This document shows, piece by piece, positions 25,130 to 38,889 of a stretch of 64,000 bases of DNA (the stretch's first letter is position 1; each line of letters opens with the position of its first letter). Location: positions 71,323,715 through 71,387,714 of the forward strand of contig NC_090384.1 of NCBI RefSeq assembly GCF_036365525.1. Reading direction: 5' to 3'. This DNA is from Heterodontus francisci (Eukaryota). Below the pieces are notes generated by a model, which saw only the letters and a list, made by a program, of their open reading frames with translations, was not told the origin of the DNA and did not search any database. The translations under genes were made by a program, and so were the position numbers.

Positions 25130-26040
25130 AGAATCACAGAATTGTTACAGTGCTGAAGGAGGCCATTCGGCCCATCGTGTCCGCACCGGCTCTCCAAAAG
25201 TGTAATTCACTCAGTTCTATTCCCCTGTCTTCTCCCTGTAAAACTGCACATTCTTCCTTTTCATACAACAGTCTAATTCTTTTTGAATGCTCCAATTGAA
25301 CCTGCTTCCACCACACTCTCAGGCAATGCATTCCAGACCTTAACCACACACTGCGTGAAAAAGTATTTCCTCATGTCACTTTTACTTCTCTTACCAAATA
25401 CTTTACGTCTGAGCCCTCTTCTTCTCAATCCTTTCACAAGTGGGAACAGTTTCTCTTTATCTGTTCTGTTCAGACCCCTCATGTTTTTGAATATCTCGAT
25501 CAAATCACCTCTCATCCTTCCCTTCTCCAAGCAAAACAGTCTTAACTTCTCCAATCTATCTTCATAACATATGTTCTTCATCCCTGGAACAATTCTCGTG
25601 AATCTTTTCTGTACTCTCTCCGATGCCCTCGCGTCTTTCCTAAAGTGCGGCACCTGGAACTGGATGAAGTACTCCAGCTGAGACCGAACTAGTGTCGAAT
25701 ACAAGTTCAACATAACTTCCCTACTCTTATACTCTATGCCCCTATTGATAAAGCCCAGGATACTGTATGCTTTATTAACTGCTTTGTCAACCTGTCCTGC
25801 AACCATTAATGACTTATGCACACATATACCCAGGTCCCTCTGCTCCTGCATCCCCTTTAGAATTATACCCTTTATTTTATATTGTCTTTCCATATTCTTC
25901 CGATCAAAATGAATCACTTCACATTTCTCTGCATTGAACATCATCTGCCATCTATCTGCCCATTCCACCAACTTGTCTATGTCCTTTTGGAGTTCTACAC
26001 CGGCCTCACAGTTCACAATTCTTTCAAGTTTCGTATCATT
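25130..26040 (-). mobile_element. CR1 3' fragment
   Basis: ORF 25273-26016 (LQKDIDKL..FNAEKC..RVQKRFTR). Confidence 0.88.
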
Positions 26041-26059
26041 TTAATTATCCAAACATAGA

Positions 26060-27180
26060 CCTGTAAAGGGCAATGAGGGGCAAGAGTTCCTAGAATGTGT
26101 TAAGGAAAATTTCAAACAGCAGTATGTGGCTAGTCCAATGAGAAAGAAGGCACTGCTTGACCTGGTTCTTGGGAATGAGGTGGGCCAAGTGGATCAAGTA
26201 TCAGTCGGAGAACATTTAGGGGATAGTGATCATTGTACCATAAGGTTTAGGCTGACTATGGAAAAGGACAAAGAACAATCCAGAGTAAGAATAATTAACT
26301 GGGGGAAAGCCAAGTTCAATTGGGTAAAAATGGAGGTGCTGGGGTGAATAAATTGGAGTTGGCAGGAAAACCGGTAGCTGAATAATGGGCTACCTTCAAA
26401 GAGATAGTTCGGGCACAGTCAAGGTATGTTCTCTCAAAGGGGAAACAAATCCAGAGCTCCCTGGATGACAAAAGAGGTAGAGATTAAGATAAAGAAGAAA
26501 AAGTCTGCTTATGACATATACCAGGTAGAAAATACTATTGAGAACCAGGCTGAATATAGAAGGTCCAGAGGGGAAGTAGAAAAGCAAAGAGAGAGCATGA
26601 AAAGAGACTGGCAGCTAGCATTAAAGGAAATCCCAAAGTTTTCGGTAGAGATATAAATAGTAAGAAGCTGGCTAAAGGAGGAATAGGGCCGATTAAGGAC
26701 CATAAAGGGGATCTACACATGGATGCAGAGGGCATAGCTGAGGTACTAAATGAATACTTTGCATCTGTCTTTACCAAAGAAGAAGATGCAACCCAGGCAA
26801 TGGTGAACGAGAAGGTAATTCAGACACTAGAGGGGATTAAAATTGATAATGAAGACGTATTAGATAGGCTGTCTGTACTTAAAGTGGCTAAGGCATCAGG
26901 ACCAGATGAGATGCATCCAAGGATACTGTGGGAAGTGACGGTGGAAATCGTGGAGGCAGTGGCCATAATTTTCCAGTCTTCCTTAGACTCGGGGGTAGTG
27001 CCAGAGGACTGGAGAATGGGAAACGTTACACTCTTGTTCAAAAAAGGGTGTAAAGATAAGCCCAACAACTACAGGCCAGTCAGTTTAACTTCGGTGGTGG
27101 GGAAACTCAGAATTATTTGGGACAAAATTAATAGTCACATGGAAAATGTGGGTTAATTAAAGAAAACCAGCATGGATTTC
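26060..27180 (+). mobile_element. CR1 internal fragment (end of endonuclease to start of RT)
   Basis: LLDLVLGNE, SDH, LNEYFASVFT, NYRPVSLTS, ends at QHGF. Confidence 0.85.
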
Positions 27181-28352
27181 TTGAATTATGCTACTTTTTC
27201 AACACTACTTCCTTTTCTATCTTCTTGTACCTTTTCATCTCTACTGCCACATTCCTCTGTGAAAACAGAGCAAAGTATTCATTAAGTTTCTCTGCCATAA
27301 GATTTTCCTTTCTAATTGCCCTAGCCTACTGTGCTAATGTAATTTGTACATTTCAGCATTTTGCAAATACATTTTTGATATGGGCATTTCATTTTCCCTT
27401 CTGTATTCTAATATTGATGCATTTGCCCTTAGACTTGGTGTGTGTGCAGGCCTTAGAAAGTAGTATTTTGCAAAAACAAGTTTCTTGAGAAGTGAGTTTA
27501 AGTGTTCTCCTATAATACAGTTCATTGAAACATGGCCCTAGAGGTACTTGTTGCACAAAGAAATGATGTTAACCACAGGGCCACCTGTACTGTTGAGTAA
27601 TTCAGTTTTCAGGTTTTGGTTGTAAGAATCCTGTTTGCTTTAAGAACCATTATTGCAGCACCTGTTCTTATAGTTAGTTCAGTAAAATTGACGAGGCCAT
27701 GTCTCTATCATTTCTAGAATTGTACATTCCTGTTTCTAGAATTTATTTTTAACATGGAATTTAGAAGGAAATTCTCCAATTTTAAAGCAAATATTCCACA
27801 TGAACATAGTCAGCCTATTAAATAATGGGCATTTGGTCCTCCACAATAACCACTGAATAGGAGAAATTGAGACCATGCTAAATCCTTAATGTTCTGAAGG
27901 TGTTTATGAAAATGCAAATTCCTCTTTTAGATGAGTAATGTATAATGAGAGGATTTTGGCTGCTTTTTAAAGTAATTAGCCTTATTCCAGGAGCACAGTG
28001 CTTTAACCATCTTTTTAGTTCTATCTGCAAGGTTTAAAACAACAATAGTATAGTTCCAAAACCTGAAATGCTGACGATTTTAATTGAGCATCTGTTCTTT
28101 AACATTTGTGTGCAAAAACAAATGATGAGGAAACCTACAGGATTTATTTAATGACATTGGTGAATTGGGTAGTTTGGCATTTATTTCAATGTGTAATTTC
28201 TTTATTAGGCCTAACTGAGCCTTGGCTCAGTTGTAGCACTCTAACCAGAGCCTTTTGGATGAGATTTTAAACCAAAGCTCCTCTCAACTGGATATAAAAG
28301 ATCAACGGTACTATTCGCAGAGGAGTAGGAGTGTTCTTCTGGTGTCCTGGCC

Positions 28353-28789
28353 TAAAGACCTGCTACCCAACCCGAACCCGATGGGACCCGACGACGTGTC
28401 GGGTTCGGGTCAGGTCGCTCTTCCAGGTTGGGTCGGGCGGGGTCCGGGTCAGGCCGGGTCTGGGTCGGACACACACACAGTAAGTATTGGATTTTGATCT
28501 GCTGGTAAGTCGCAAAAGTTGAAAAGCCTACCTGAGCTGGGAGTCCGGATCGTCAAGGAGGGAAACTCTGAGTCTGCACAGTGCGCGAGTGAGCATCTCT
28601 ATGATGTCATCATGCTAATGCTGCAGCTTCCTGCAGATTCAGTGTGGGAAGGTAGGTAAAGTGAACATTCTGGTGGCCGGGTCGGGCTCGGGAAAAAATG
28701 GAGGGACTCGGGCTGGGTTGGGTTCGGGTCCAATGTGGTTCTGTCGGGTTCGGGTGGGTTTTTTTTTCCGTGCCCTTAGCAGGCCTTTA
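28353..28789. mobile_element. Non-autonomous hAT (Ac-like) MITE inserted in a DeuSINE-like element
   Basis: TIRs TAAAGACCTGCT / AGCAGGCCTTTA; 8-bp TSD tcctggcc/tcttggcc; inverted relative to 3027-3447. Confidence 0.85.
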
Positions 28790-31700
28790 TCTTGGCCAGC
28801 ATTTATTCCCCCCAACCAATTCCTCCAAGGGCTATAGGATGATACTTTCCCTGCTCAGTGCTGCTGTTGCAATTTTAATATTTGGATTTGTAGCATCCAG
28901 CTGTCCAAATAATCAGTTATGCTTTAAGTTTTGACTTTTATTAACCTCCAACTCAATTTTGATATTAGCTGTTTACCATTATTAAATCCTTCAGTAGTTT
29001 AAAGTGGGGACAGCAAACAGTTGATCTTAATGTTTTTCTTTTTGTAATTATATACAGTAAATCATGTAGTCTCCCATTCCTTCTGTCAGTCTATGTTTAC
29101 TGGTTTAGGAGAAAAAGCACTCAGTGTTGCTCCTTGTTATTGGCACTTCATCAACATGATACAAGATAGTAGTAATCTCTGTAGCAGACGTAAATACTTC
29201 AATGTTGTTCAGACACTATTGCATTGTGATGTGTAAGCATGCTTTTAATACTCAAGTAGACCTTTTGCTGTCAGATAACGTTATGGTGAGTTACAGTGGG
29301 CTTGGCAATATAATCCATTTATGTTGGCTTTAAGTGAAGATGACAGTAATTGTATGAATGACACCTGATACTAATGTTATTCCAAAGCTGAATCAACAAG
29401 AAGAGGAAGTACTGCAGTTGATTTGATCTAAGATTTCTTTTTAAATTTCAGTACTTGATGTTCTGTCCAGTGGTTTAGCTGGGGCTTTTAGTGCTAATTA
29501 CATCCATTGTCAGTTTTGAATGCCCATGACTGTAGAGATTTGAACATAGAGACTGTGTGCCGAGAAATATAGATTTGTTTTTTGTTTTCATGGTTAAAGA
29601 TAATCAAGGTAGATTTGGCAATTAAAAATATTTCCCTTTAGCCTAAGTATTAGCTAAAATTTAATATTTAAGCAATATTTATGCTTACAGCAGTCTTTTC
29701 CCAAATTTATGACTGGTTTGGCTTTTGCATGTGGAGAGTTTGGAACCTTTGGTTACTTTATGCATGGAAACCTTTCAGATTTTTGCTATTTTAAAAAAAA
29801 GAAAACTGGCATATCTAGTTTGTTAACTGTATTAATATAAACAGAAGTTAGTTTGTGGGCTCTTCCTCCCAGATTCTCCTCCAGTTTTCTTCTTTGTTTT
29901 CCCCCCTCCTCAGAGATTCAGATTGGAGTACAGTTCCACGTTGGCCAGCTGCCTCCTGGTACTTTACCTACATGACCATTCTTCATGTATGAGCTCAGGC
30001 TTGACTATGGATAGGCATCATATATATCCTCTAATAGGCTAACATGTCCTGGTGAAAACAACTACAGCTATCATTTTAATGGGATTTGGATTGAATTCTG
30101 AGATAGCCACAATAGGAAACTAATTGATCTATTTTGAGAGTTTAAGTTCAAAATATTAGTTCCCTGACTGTGACCTAAGCAGGTTATAGGGCAACGAGAT
30201 GACAGTATCTTATTGCATGGTTTTAAAAACTGGACAGTATAGATCAACTTGTACCAGAGGATATAACATAATCAAATTTAAATAAAAAAATCAAACTCAT
30301 GTTCTCACAATCTAGGTTAAAAAAATGGTTGGTTGCCACTGTACATGGTTCATATTAAATCTATTTCAGTTCATCTTTTCTCTCTACCCTCTGCACTAAA
30401 TGTATTTCAAGTTACCTTCGCTTTCCTCCAATAAAATGACAGCTGTGAAATATTATAGGTTTTTAATCAATATCTTTTCTGATTCCAGTTTTCCTTCGAA
30501 TAAAACTTGAGTAGATTAGCTACCAGGTTATAGTATCTCTGATCCATTTTGCTGATTGCCTTATCATGCTTTGAACACAGAATTTGCACTTGATTGGTAT
30601 TATGAATAAGACATTTGTATATTAGTAGAGCGTGGAGATCTTCACAGTATTTTTAGATGTAGAGATATAGGAAATATATCACTAATATGATCATTAGCTG
30701 TGATCACCTGTATAATATGATATTTCTGCCCCAGTCAATTTTCTGGACTGTGCCTATGTTTAAAATATGGTGATACTTTAGTGTTCTGACTTTCTTGTTC
30801 CTTCTCAATGCATAACATGATGTCATTAACAAAGTTTATTTTCTGTTTAACCAAAATATTACTGGATAAAATTTTATCAATCAAAGCATATTTAATTTTT
30901 TAGACTGTAGTAAATTATCTATGCAGAGGCTGGCTCTGATTATAATAACCCCTCGACCCACTCAGCAACTTTTCAATACTTCAAAAGTCTGTGATAAATC
31001 AGTCGACGATAAGAACCTTATTTAAAAACAGTAAATACTATAAATATCTACCCACATAATTGCTATTAGCTGGATTAATCACTGCATCCTTACCTACAAT
31101 ATGAATGTAGTTCTCAATTCTAATCAGTTTCTTAAAACTTTATTACCTGCACAGTACAACGCACTTCAGGAGACTGAACTTGCTTGTAGAATTAGAAGGT
31201 GCCAAACATTTGGTAAATATGTAGCATTCAGGCAACGTAGGAGATTTTTGAGAGTTTACAGCTGGGTGCAGATGGTACCAAGCACCACCCTGAAATGTGT
31301 AACTGCTGGTGCACAACAGATGCAACGATGACGTGGTATGTTTTAAATGTGCAAGATAATACATCTATGCATACACTGTTATATCTCTGCAATGTCTAAT
31401 CTTAAATCCTTTATAAATATTCACATCCTCCCAAAATGTTATAAAATCCTCCAAAGTAAATTCTCTTGGTTAGTTTTCTTACTGTTAATTTCATTTTAAA
31501 TTAAAACTGGGGCTTAAATATTAGGGTTAGAGTTTCTGTTCGTTTACGGTAGTAATATCAGGGCAATCCAGGCAAAATTGGACAAAATACTTGGGGAATT
31601 TTAAACGTGAGTTACACCCGAAACCACTTATGTTTTTGTTATCTGCGATCCTTTACTCTGGTTCGATATTCAATTTGTCTGGATCAGGCCCCACCCACAA

Positions 31701-32439
31701 AACTGGCCATGCCACAAGCTCAAACTTGCGAGATTCAACTGATTGTGCTGTTTGGGAATGCCCTTCAAATTGTGCTCATTTTCTTAGATGCACAGTCACT
31801 CGTAGTCACATTTTAAGTTTTTCATATCAAGAAACTGATGTGCACATCAATTAAACTAGTAAATGGTTCAGTATAGTCTTTTAGAGTCACTTTTAGTGAT
31901 TTAAAATCAGGTTACTTACAGGTGAAGTACTGGACACCCTTATTGCAAGTGCTTATTTTGATGATAAACTCATTTTTAGTTCTATTATTAATACTGCAAC
32001 AGGTTACCACTCTTAAATATATCAATGAATACTTTTTAATGGAAAGAAAAGAAACAATTACATTCTATTTTGCTGCCAGATTGTGTTAGTTCATTGATGT
32101 TTTTACATTTGTGATTAGGCAAATTCATTTTAGCAGAAACCTGAACTATAACCTAACCAGAGCAATTCAGAGTGCATTGTGGCCACAATTTCCTGATTAC
32201 GCCCAAAGTGGAAATTCTACTCCAATTTAATATGATTTCTAGTAAAACATTTTTAAAAAGAAAATTACCCAATATTGCTGTATGCTGTGGGAGTTGTTTG
32301 TATTATAATGCAAGTTCATATTAATGTTTATTCAGTAACCAGACATAAACAGATGTTCAATTGATAACTCAGCATAGAGGTAAATAGATAATACATGGGG
32401 CTCAGGATTAGTCCTGAAAAGCATTGTGCTCTTATATAA

Positions 32440-33800
32440 TCATAGAATAGTTACAGTGCAGAAGGAGGCTATTCAGCCCATTGTGTCTGTGCTGGCCCTC
32501 TGAAGGAGCAATTCACCTAGTTCCACTCCCCATCTTCTCCTGGTAGCCCTGCACATTCTGCCTTTTCAGATAATAATCCAATTCCCTCTTGAATGCCTTG
32601 ATTGAACCTGCCTCCATGACACTCTCAGGCAGTGCATTTCAGATCTTAACCATTTGCTGCGTGAAAATTTTTTTCCTCATGTCACCATTACTTCTTTTGC
32701 CAATTACCTCAAATCCATGCCCTCTGATTCTTGATCCTTCCACCAATGGGAACTGTTTCTCCCTATCTACTTTGTTCAGACCCATCATTTTTTTGAATAC
32801 CTCTATCAAATCTCCTCTCGACCTTCTCTTCTCTAAGGAAAACAATCTCAACTTCTCCAATCTATCTACATAACTGAAGTTCCTCATCCCTGGAACCATT
32901 CTCGTGAATCTTTTCTGCATCCTTTCTAACGCCTTCACATCCTTCTTAAAGTGTGGTGTCCAGAACAGGATGCAGTACTCCAGCTGAGGCTTAACTCGTG
33001 TTTTATTTAAGTTTAACATAACTTCCTTGCTTTTGTATTCTCTGCTCCTATTGGTAAAGCCTAGGATGCTCTATGTTTATTAACCATGCTCTCAACTTGT
33101 CATGACACCTTCAATGATTATGCACATATACACCCAGGTTCCTCTGCTCCTGCACCCCCTTTATAATTGTACCCTTTATTTTATATTGTCTCTTTGCATT
33201 CTTTCTACCAAAATGAATCACTTCACACTTCTCTGCATTAAATTTCATCTGCCACTTGTCCGTCCATTCCACCAACCTGTCTATGTCTTTTTGGAGTTCC
33301 ACACTATCCTCCTCACATTTCACAATACTTTCAAGTTTAGTATCATCTGCAAGTTTTGAAATTGTTCCCTGTACACCAAGGTCTAGGTCATTAATATATA
33401 TTGAGAAGAGTAGGGGTCCTAACACTGACCGCTGGGGAACTCCTATATAAACCTTCCTCCAGTCCAAAAAACAACTATTAACCACTAACTTACTGATGAA
33501 AGGTCACAGACCTGAAACGTTAACTTTTCTTCTCTGTCCACAGATGCTGCCAGACCTGCTGAGAATTTCCAGCACTTTTTGTTTTTATTTCAGATTTCCA
33601 GCATCTGCAGTATTTTGCTTTTATTATATTAACGACTACTCTCTGTTTCCTGTCACTCAGCCAATTTTGTATCCATGTTGCTACTGTCCCTTTTATTCCA
33701 TGGGCTCTAACTTTGCTGACAAGCCTATTATGTGGCATTTTATTAAATGCCTTTTGGAAGTCCATGTATACCACATCAACAGCATTACTCTCATCAACCC
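32440..33800 (-). mobile_element. CR1 3' fragment with nested Penelope-like insert (~33491-33628)
   Basis: YMDFQKAF, LADDTK, RMQKRFTR; insert flanked by tattaaccacta/tattaacgacta. Confidence 0.85.
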
Positions 33801-33960
33801 TCTCAGTTATCTCATCTTGATTATTAATTGTATAGAATTCATAGAATGACTGTAAATATAATTTGGGGCTTCTGATGGCAACATTCTTGATTTGTTTTCC
33901 ACAGAAATAGTCACAATGTTTTATTAGACAAATTTGCTAATACTTAACCATTCAATAATT

Positions 33961-34306
33961 GGGCGGCACGGTGGTTAGCACCACAGCCTCACAGCTCCAG
34001 TGACCTGGGTTCGGTTCTGGGTGCTGCCTGTGCGGAGTTTGCAAGTTCTCCCTGTGACCGCGTGGGTTTCCGCCGGGTGCTCTGGTTTCCTCCCACAGCC
34101 AAAGACTTGCAGATTGATAGGTAAATTGGCCATTGTAAATTGCCCCTAGTGTCGTGTAGGTAGGTAGGTGGTAGGAGAATGTTGGGATGTGGTAAGGAAT
34201 ATGGGATTAATGTAGGATTAGTATAAATGGGTGGTTGTTGGTTGGCACAGACTCGGTGGGCCAAAGGGCCTGTTTCAGTGCTGTATCTCTCCATGATCTA
34301 TGATCT
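33961..34306 (+). mobile_element. HE1-type V-SINE with its own TSD (aataattg)
   Basis: Head GGGCGGCACGGTGGTTAGC, B box GGTTCGGTTC, tail (TGATCTA)n. Confidence 0.88.
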
Positions 34307-34976
34307 AATAATTGCAAATTGGCTAGTTGAGTGAAAATAGGCTGTATTTAGTGGCATCAGTATTCCTGACCAGAATGGAGATTGACAGGGAAATTACCCT
34401 TCATCACGTGTGGAGACCACACTCCTGGAAGTGACTGGGATTGATTTTTATGCAAATAATTTATATTATATAACTATTCTATTTTCCTATTTCTTATGTT
34501 CTTGGCAGATTTTTGGGTATTAAGGGAAATGGGGATAATGCAGGAAGGTGGAGCCATGAACATGTTGAATTGCGGAGCAGGTTTGATGGCCAAATGGCCT
34601 TCTGCTCCTATATTTTAAGTTCCTATGTATTCACCGCCCACAGCATTTTGCTGGAGAAATCACTTTTCTTTTATCTGGAGAAGTTGCTGTAGTTTCAGAC
34701 TGTTCCAGAGTTCTGTTTCCTGCAGTTTGCAGAGACTCTTTTTAAATAGACTCTGTAAATGGACTTTGTTTGCATTGCTGTTTGTTGAATAAATATAATT
34801 TGTTTGCTGTAAAATATATTTGCGTTGAGTCCTGCCATAAGTCTGGCCCTGCCTCCAACTCATTGGCTGATATAGTGGTGTCAGTAGACATGCTGGTGCA
34901 AAAGTCTATAAAACTCAAATAAGGGAATAAAGGCACACTTAAGCTTATTTAATTATTTCAAAAGTGACAATAACAA

Positions 34977-35640
34977 CGGTTGGAATTTTACGGGTGTTCC
35001 CCGCCCGCTCGTTTGGGGCCCGTAAAATTCGCTGCAATTTTACGTGGGGCAGTGGCAAGAAAGGGCCAGCCAAATCAAGGCCCATAAGTGGGATTAACTG
35101 GCCTTTAAGGGCCTCCTCCCTGTACCCTCGGTGGCCGGATGGCAAAGGCCTCAAGAATTCCTCCTGGTAAAACCAGGCGGCCTTCTTGCGGGCTGGGTAG
35201 GTTGGGGGGGAGGGGGTGGGGCGCCCTCCTGATCGGGTACCCTGTGCCCGACGGTGGGCCAACCCTGAAGCCCAAACCACCCCCAATGTACAACACTTCC
35301 ACCCCCAACCAATACCCCCCCTTGCCTCGCCTGGGCCTGGCCGATTATCCCTGGCAAGGTTCTAAAAACGTACCTTTTTTCCAGGGCAGTCCTTCCTATT
35401 GCCTCCGATGGCTGGGTGTAGTCCCAGCAGTGGCCACCATTCCCTATGGTGCTGCTGGGACGAAGAGCTGCCAGCCACTGATTGGCTGGCAGCTCCAATA
35501 GGTGTGACCTCCTGCCTCAAGGAGGTGGAAGTCCCACCCAAGACCAATTGAGGGCCTGGGAGATGCAAAACCCTGGCCTGGCTCGCCACCGACTTTTCGG
35601 CTGGTGGGCGGGGCCTCCTGCCAAAAGTCTTTCACCACTG
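34977..35640. mobile_element. GC-rich non-autonomous DNA-transposon-like repeat (Harbinger-type ends)
   Basis: Starts GGTTGGAATTTTAC; GC-rich internal hairpins; no coding signal. Confidence 0.4.
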
Positions 35641-36165
35641 TTTAATGCAACAAGTGTTCAAGAGTGCTGTGACAGGAGCAGAGCTCTGTCGTCCCTCAAA
35701 TGTAACATTGCTGTATGATATCTTCATACAAAGTTATAGATAAGCCAAAATGTTTTGAATTTAAAATGTATTTCTTATAGCTGTACTGTAAAGAGTTCCT
35801 TTGTTGTTGTGGAGAAGAGACAGTGGCCAAATTCAGTCTAGGAACATCTGCCTTTCTATGGGAAACTGTCTGATCTAATCTATGGAAAAGGACAACTATG
35901 TCAGCCTGACTTGGAACTATATTGCTGTTCCTTCACTGTCAGTGGGTCAAACTTTGTAACTCTGTTCCTAACAGCACTGTGGGTGTACCTACACCACCTG
36001 GACTGCAGCAGTTCAGGAAGGCGTCCCATCACCACCTTCTCAAGGACAATTAGGGATGGGCCATGAATGCTGACCTTCCCAGTGATGCTCATCCCATGAA
36101 CGAATAAAGAAAAAAGCCTGATCTAGTGAAGGGAAACTTGCTCATCACAAACCCAGAGCTGGTCA

Positions 36166-36514
36166 GGGGGCGGCACAGTGGTTAGCACTGCAACCTCACA
36201 GCTCCAGGGACCCAGGTTCGGTTCTGGGTACTGCCTGTGTGGAGTTTGCAAGTTCTCCCTGTGTCTGCGTGGGTTTTCTCCGGGTGCTCCGGTTTCCTCC
36301 CACAAGCCAAAAGACTTGCAGGTTGGTAGGTAAATTGGCCATTATAAAATTGTCACTAGTATAGGTAGGTGGTAGGGAAATATAGGGACAGGTGGGGATG
36401 TTTGGTAGGAATATGGGATTAGTGTAGGATTAGTATAAATGTGTGGTTGATGGTCGGCACAGACTCGGTGGGCCGAAGGGCCTGTTTCAGTGCTGTATGT
36501 CTAATCTAATCTAA
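36166..36514 (+). mobile_element. HE1-type V-SINE
   Basis: Same head/core; tail (CTAAT)n. Confidence 0.88.
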
Positions 36515-38889
36515 TGGGCTAACCAAGAAAATTACTACGGTGATTATGAATTTTAAAATTATTTTTCTTCTTGTGGTTTAGTTGTATCAATGTGAGATTT
36601 GATTATATTTGTTGCTCTGAATGTTCATTTGTATATATATATATAAAACAAAGCAGCTTAATGATTCATATCTGGCCTTGTTTTACCAAATTATTTTAGT
36701 TTACCTTTTGTAAGAATTGGAGAAGCGCACATGGGAGCATGTGCCAAAGATACAATATCTAGTTCTTATGGGGATTCCATTGTTTCATCCCCTTGGTAGA
36801 GATTTTTAAAATTATGAAGGACTTTGATAAAGTGAAAAGGGAAAGATTATGAGGTGGCACTTCCTGTTTACCTGGGAATTCATCATTCTCCAGTTACAGT
36901 AAAGTGACAAAAGAGGGTAGAAAACTGTTGTCAGGTCTCCACTCCCTCCTTCCATACCTTATATTTCGCCAGGATTTTCCAAGTGTCCTGAAAGAATGTC
37001 AGTAGATCTGCACTTGGAGTAGGTGCAGGCCCAGTGATGCCATGTTAATGAGGTGGGAGGGAACATTTTGGCTTCTGTTTCTTCTGCCTACGATCATTAG
37101 TCACACCAGCGGAGAGGTGAAGCCTGGCACAAGGGCCTGTTTCAAAACTCCTCTGGACTGGAAGGTTTATGAGGTTCATGGGTGTCTTGAGAACAATCCT
37201 AAGATGTTGCAAGCAGAAAAGAAATATCCTTCAAGCCTTCTCCACCAGACATCTCAGGTCTGCAGCTTCACTCCTGTTTAGTGCTCAGTTTTCAGGCACA
37301 GGGTTCAACCATGGTTTGGGCTTGTGCTGAGAATACATCTAGGGCAGGAAAATTGCATCCTTTTTTATAATGACATGTGTTGAGCCTGTTGTGCTACCGG
37401 TGGGCTCTCCTAGAGAAAGTTAGCCCCTATTTCCTCTGATTGGAGAGTCAGTGATGAAGAGTCATCAGTTTGAAACTGTTAAAGTGAGGAGAGAGGTTAG
37501 AAGAATTTGTTTTATGCATAAAGTTGTTGGAGCATGGAATGCTTTGCCACAGGGAGCAGTTGTGACATATGCTTTAAAGTAAGAGTTGATAAATGTTTGA
37601 CGCAGAGGAAGAGACAGAGCTGTGGAGAGAGAGCAGGGCAATGGTTTTCTGCAGCAAAGAGCTGGTCCAAACTATCTCACCCAATACTTCAGAGGTAAAA
37701 TAAGAAACAAAGATAAAGATTCTTTAAATTGCTTACCTGTTTTCCTTTCTTGAGGATGTCTTATTGTAATTCAGAACAGGCGATGTTCAAATTTTGAAAT
37801 GAAAGTTGTATCTTTGATTCACTTAGAATGAACATGCCTTAATTCTTGCCCAAAATTGGCATGATCTGATGGCTGTAATCCAGTCCTTAATGGGTGTTGT
37901 TTCTAGTCCAGTCTGGTTTTATACAAAGTATGTTCAGAGTTCCATACTGCTGTAGTGCAAATGTATGACTTGGCACTTTGGTGAGCTTGCTCCAATGAAT
38001 TATCACAAACAAACTTAATGTAAAGAAATGCACTGTTTGTAATCTGGTTTTTAAAATGTACAGTATTTAGTGAACTGATCACTTTTAAAAATTAGTTTGA
38101 GGAAAAGAATTCTCATTATTCTGTAATGTTACGGCTATAAAGGTTGCACACTGCCTCTGCCTGGTGGGTTCACATTCTTTATATTGTACTTTGCCAAATA
38201 TTACATTTCTTTTGTGGTTGTTATTGTATGAACAGCTCTTCCAAGAAAGGGAGCTGACAGATGCCTACATTTCATCAGTTCAAACCACAGAAAGAAAAGA
38301 AGCTCTCTGTCCTGTTTAATTCATCACAATTGAACTCTTCTCCAGAGATTTAGATTAGTATGTTTACAGCTTGTCTTTGTTTTTATTAAATATTTGGATG
38401 CCGTTCTCATTATGGGACAGAAAATTGAGTCCTGATATAGCAATGCTCGGATCATTCAGGTGAGGAGTAATGTGAGCTTAGCTCATTATAAGAAATATTG
38501 GGTCCTCTTAGTGTTCAATGGGATTATCACTGTATAAGAGACAGTTTGTCTATGACAGTCTTAAGGGACTGATGGTCACTTTAAAGCTGCCCTGCCACTG
38601 AGGGTAAAAATGGAAGTAGGTAAGGTTGAGAACTGCCCTATTCAATGATATAGTATTGGAGGTCTTGCAGAGAAGGGTGGCTTATTTTTGCAGGTGAGAA
38701 CCTTCCTGCAATAAACAGCAATGTCAAAATAGCATGGATGAAGGTGATAGAGTATGTTAATGTTGTCTCACCTGAGGCCAAAACCTAGGATCACGTGAGG
38801 AAGAAATTTGCTGGGCTATGCAATGCTGCTTAGATAAGTGTACTAATATGTGGCTTCATTTTACAATGTTGGCTTCCAACGCATCTTAG

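Noticed and set aside
3027-28789. Two inverted MITEs bracketing RAG2 as a composite transposon
   Set aside because: Each has its own different TSD and sits inside another repeat, so they are independent insertions
34945-35718. Overlapping ORFs on both strands
   Set aside because: GC-rich non-coding transposon-like repeat with few stops
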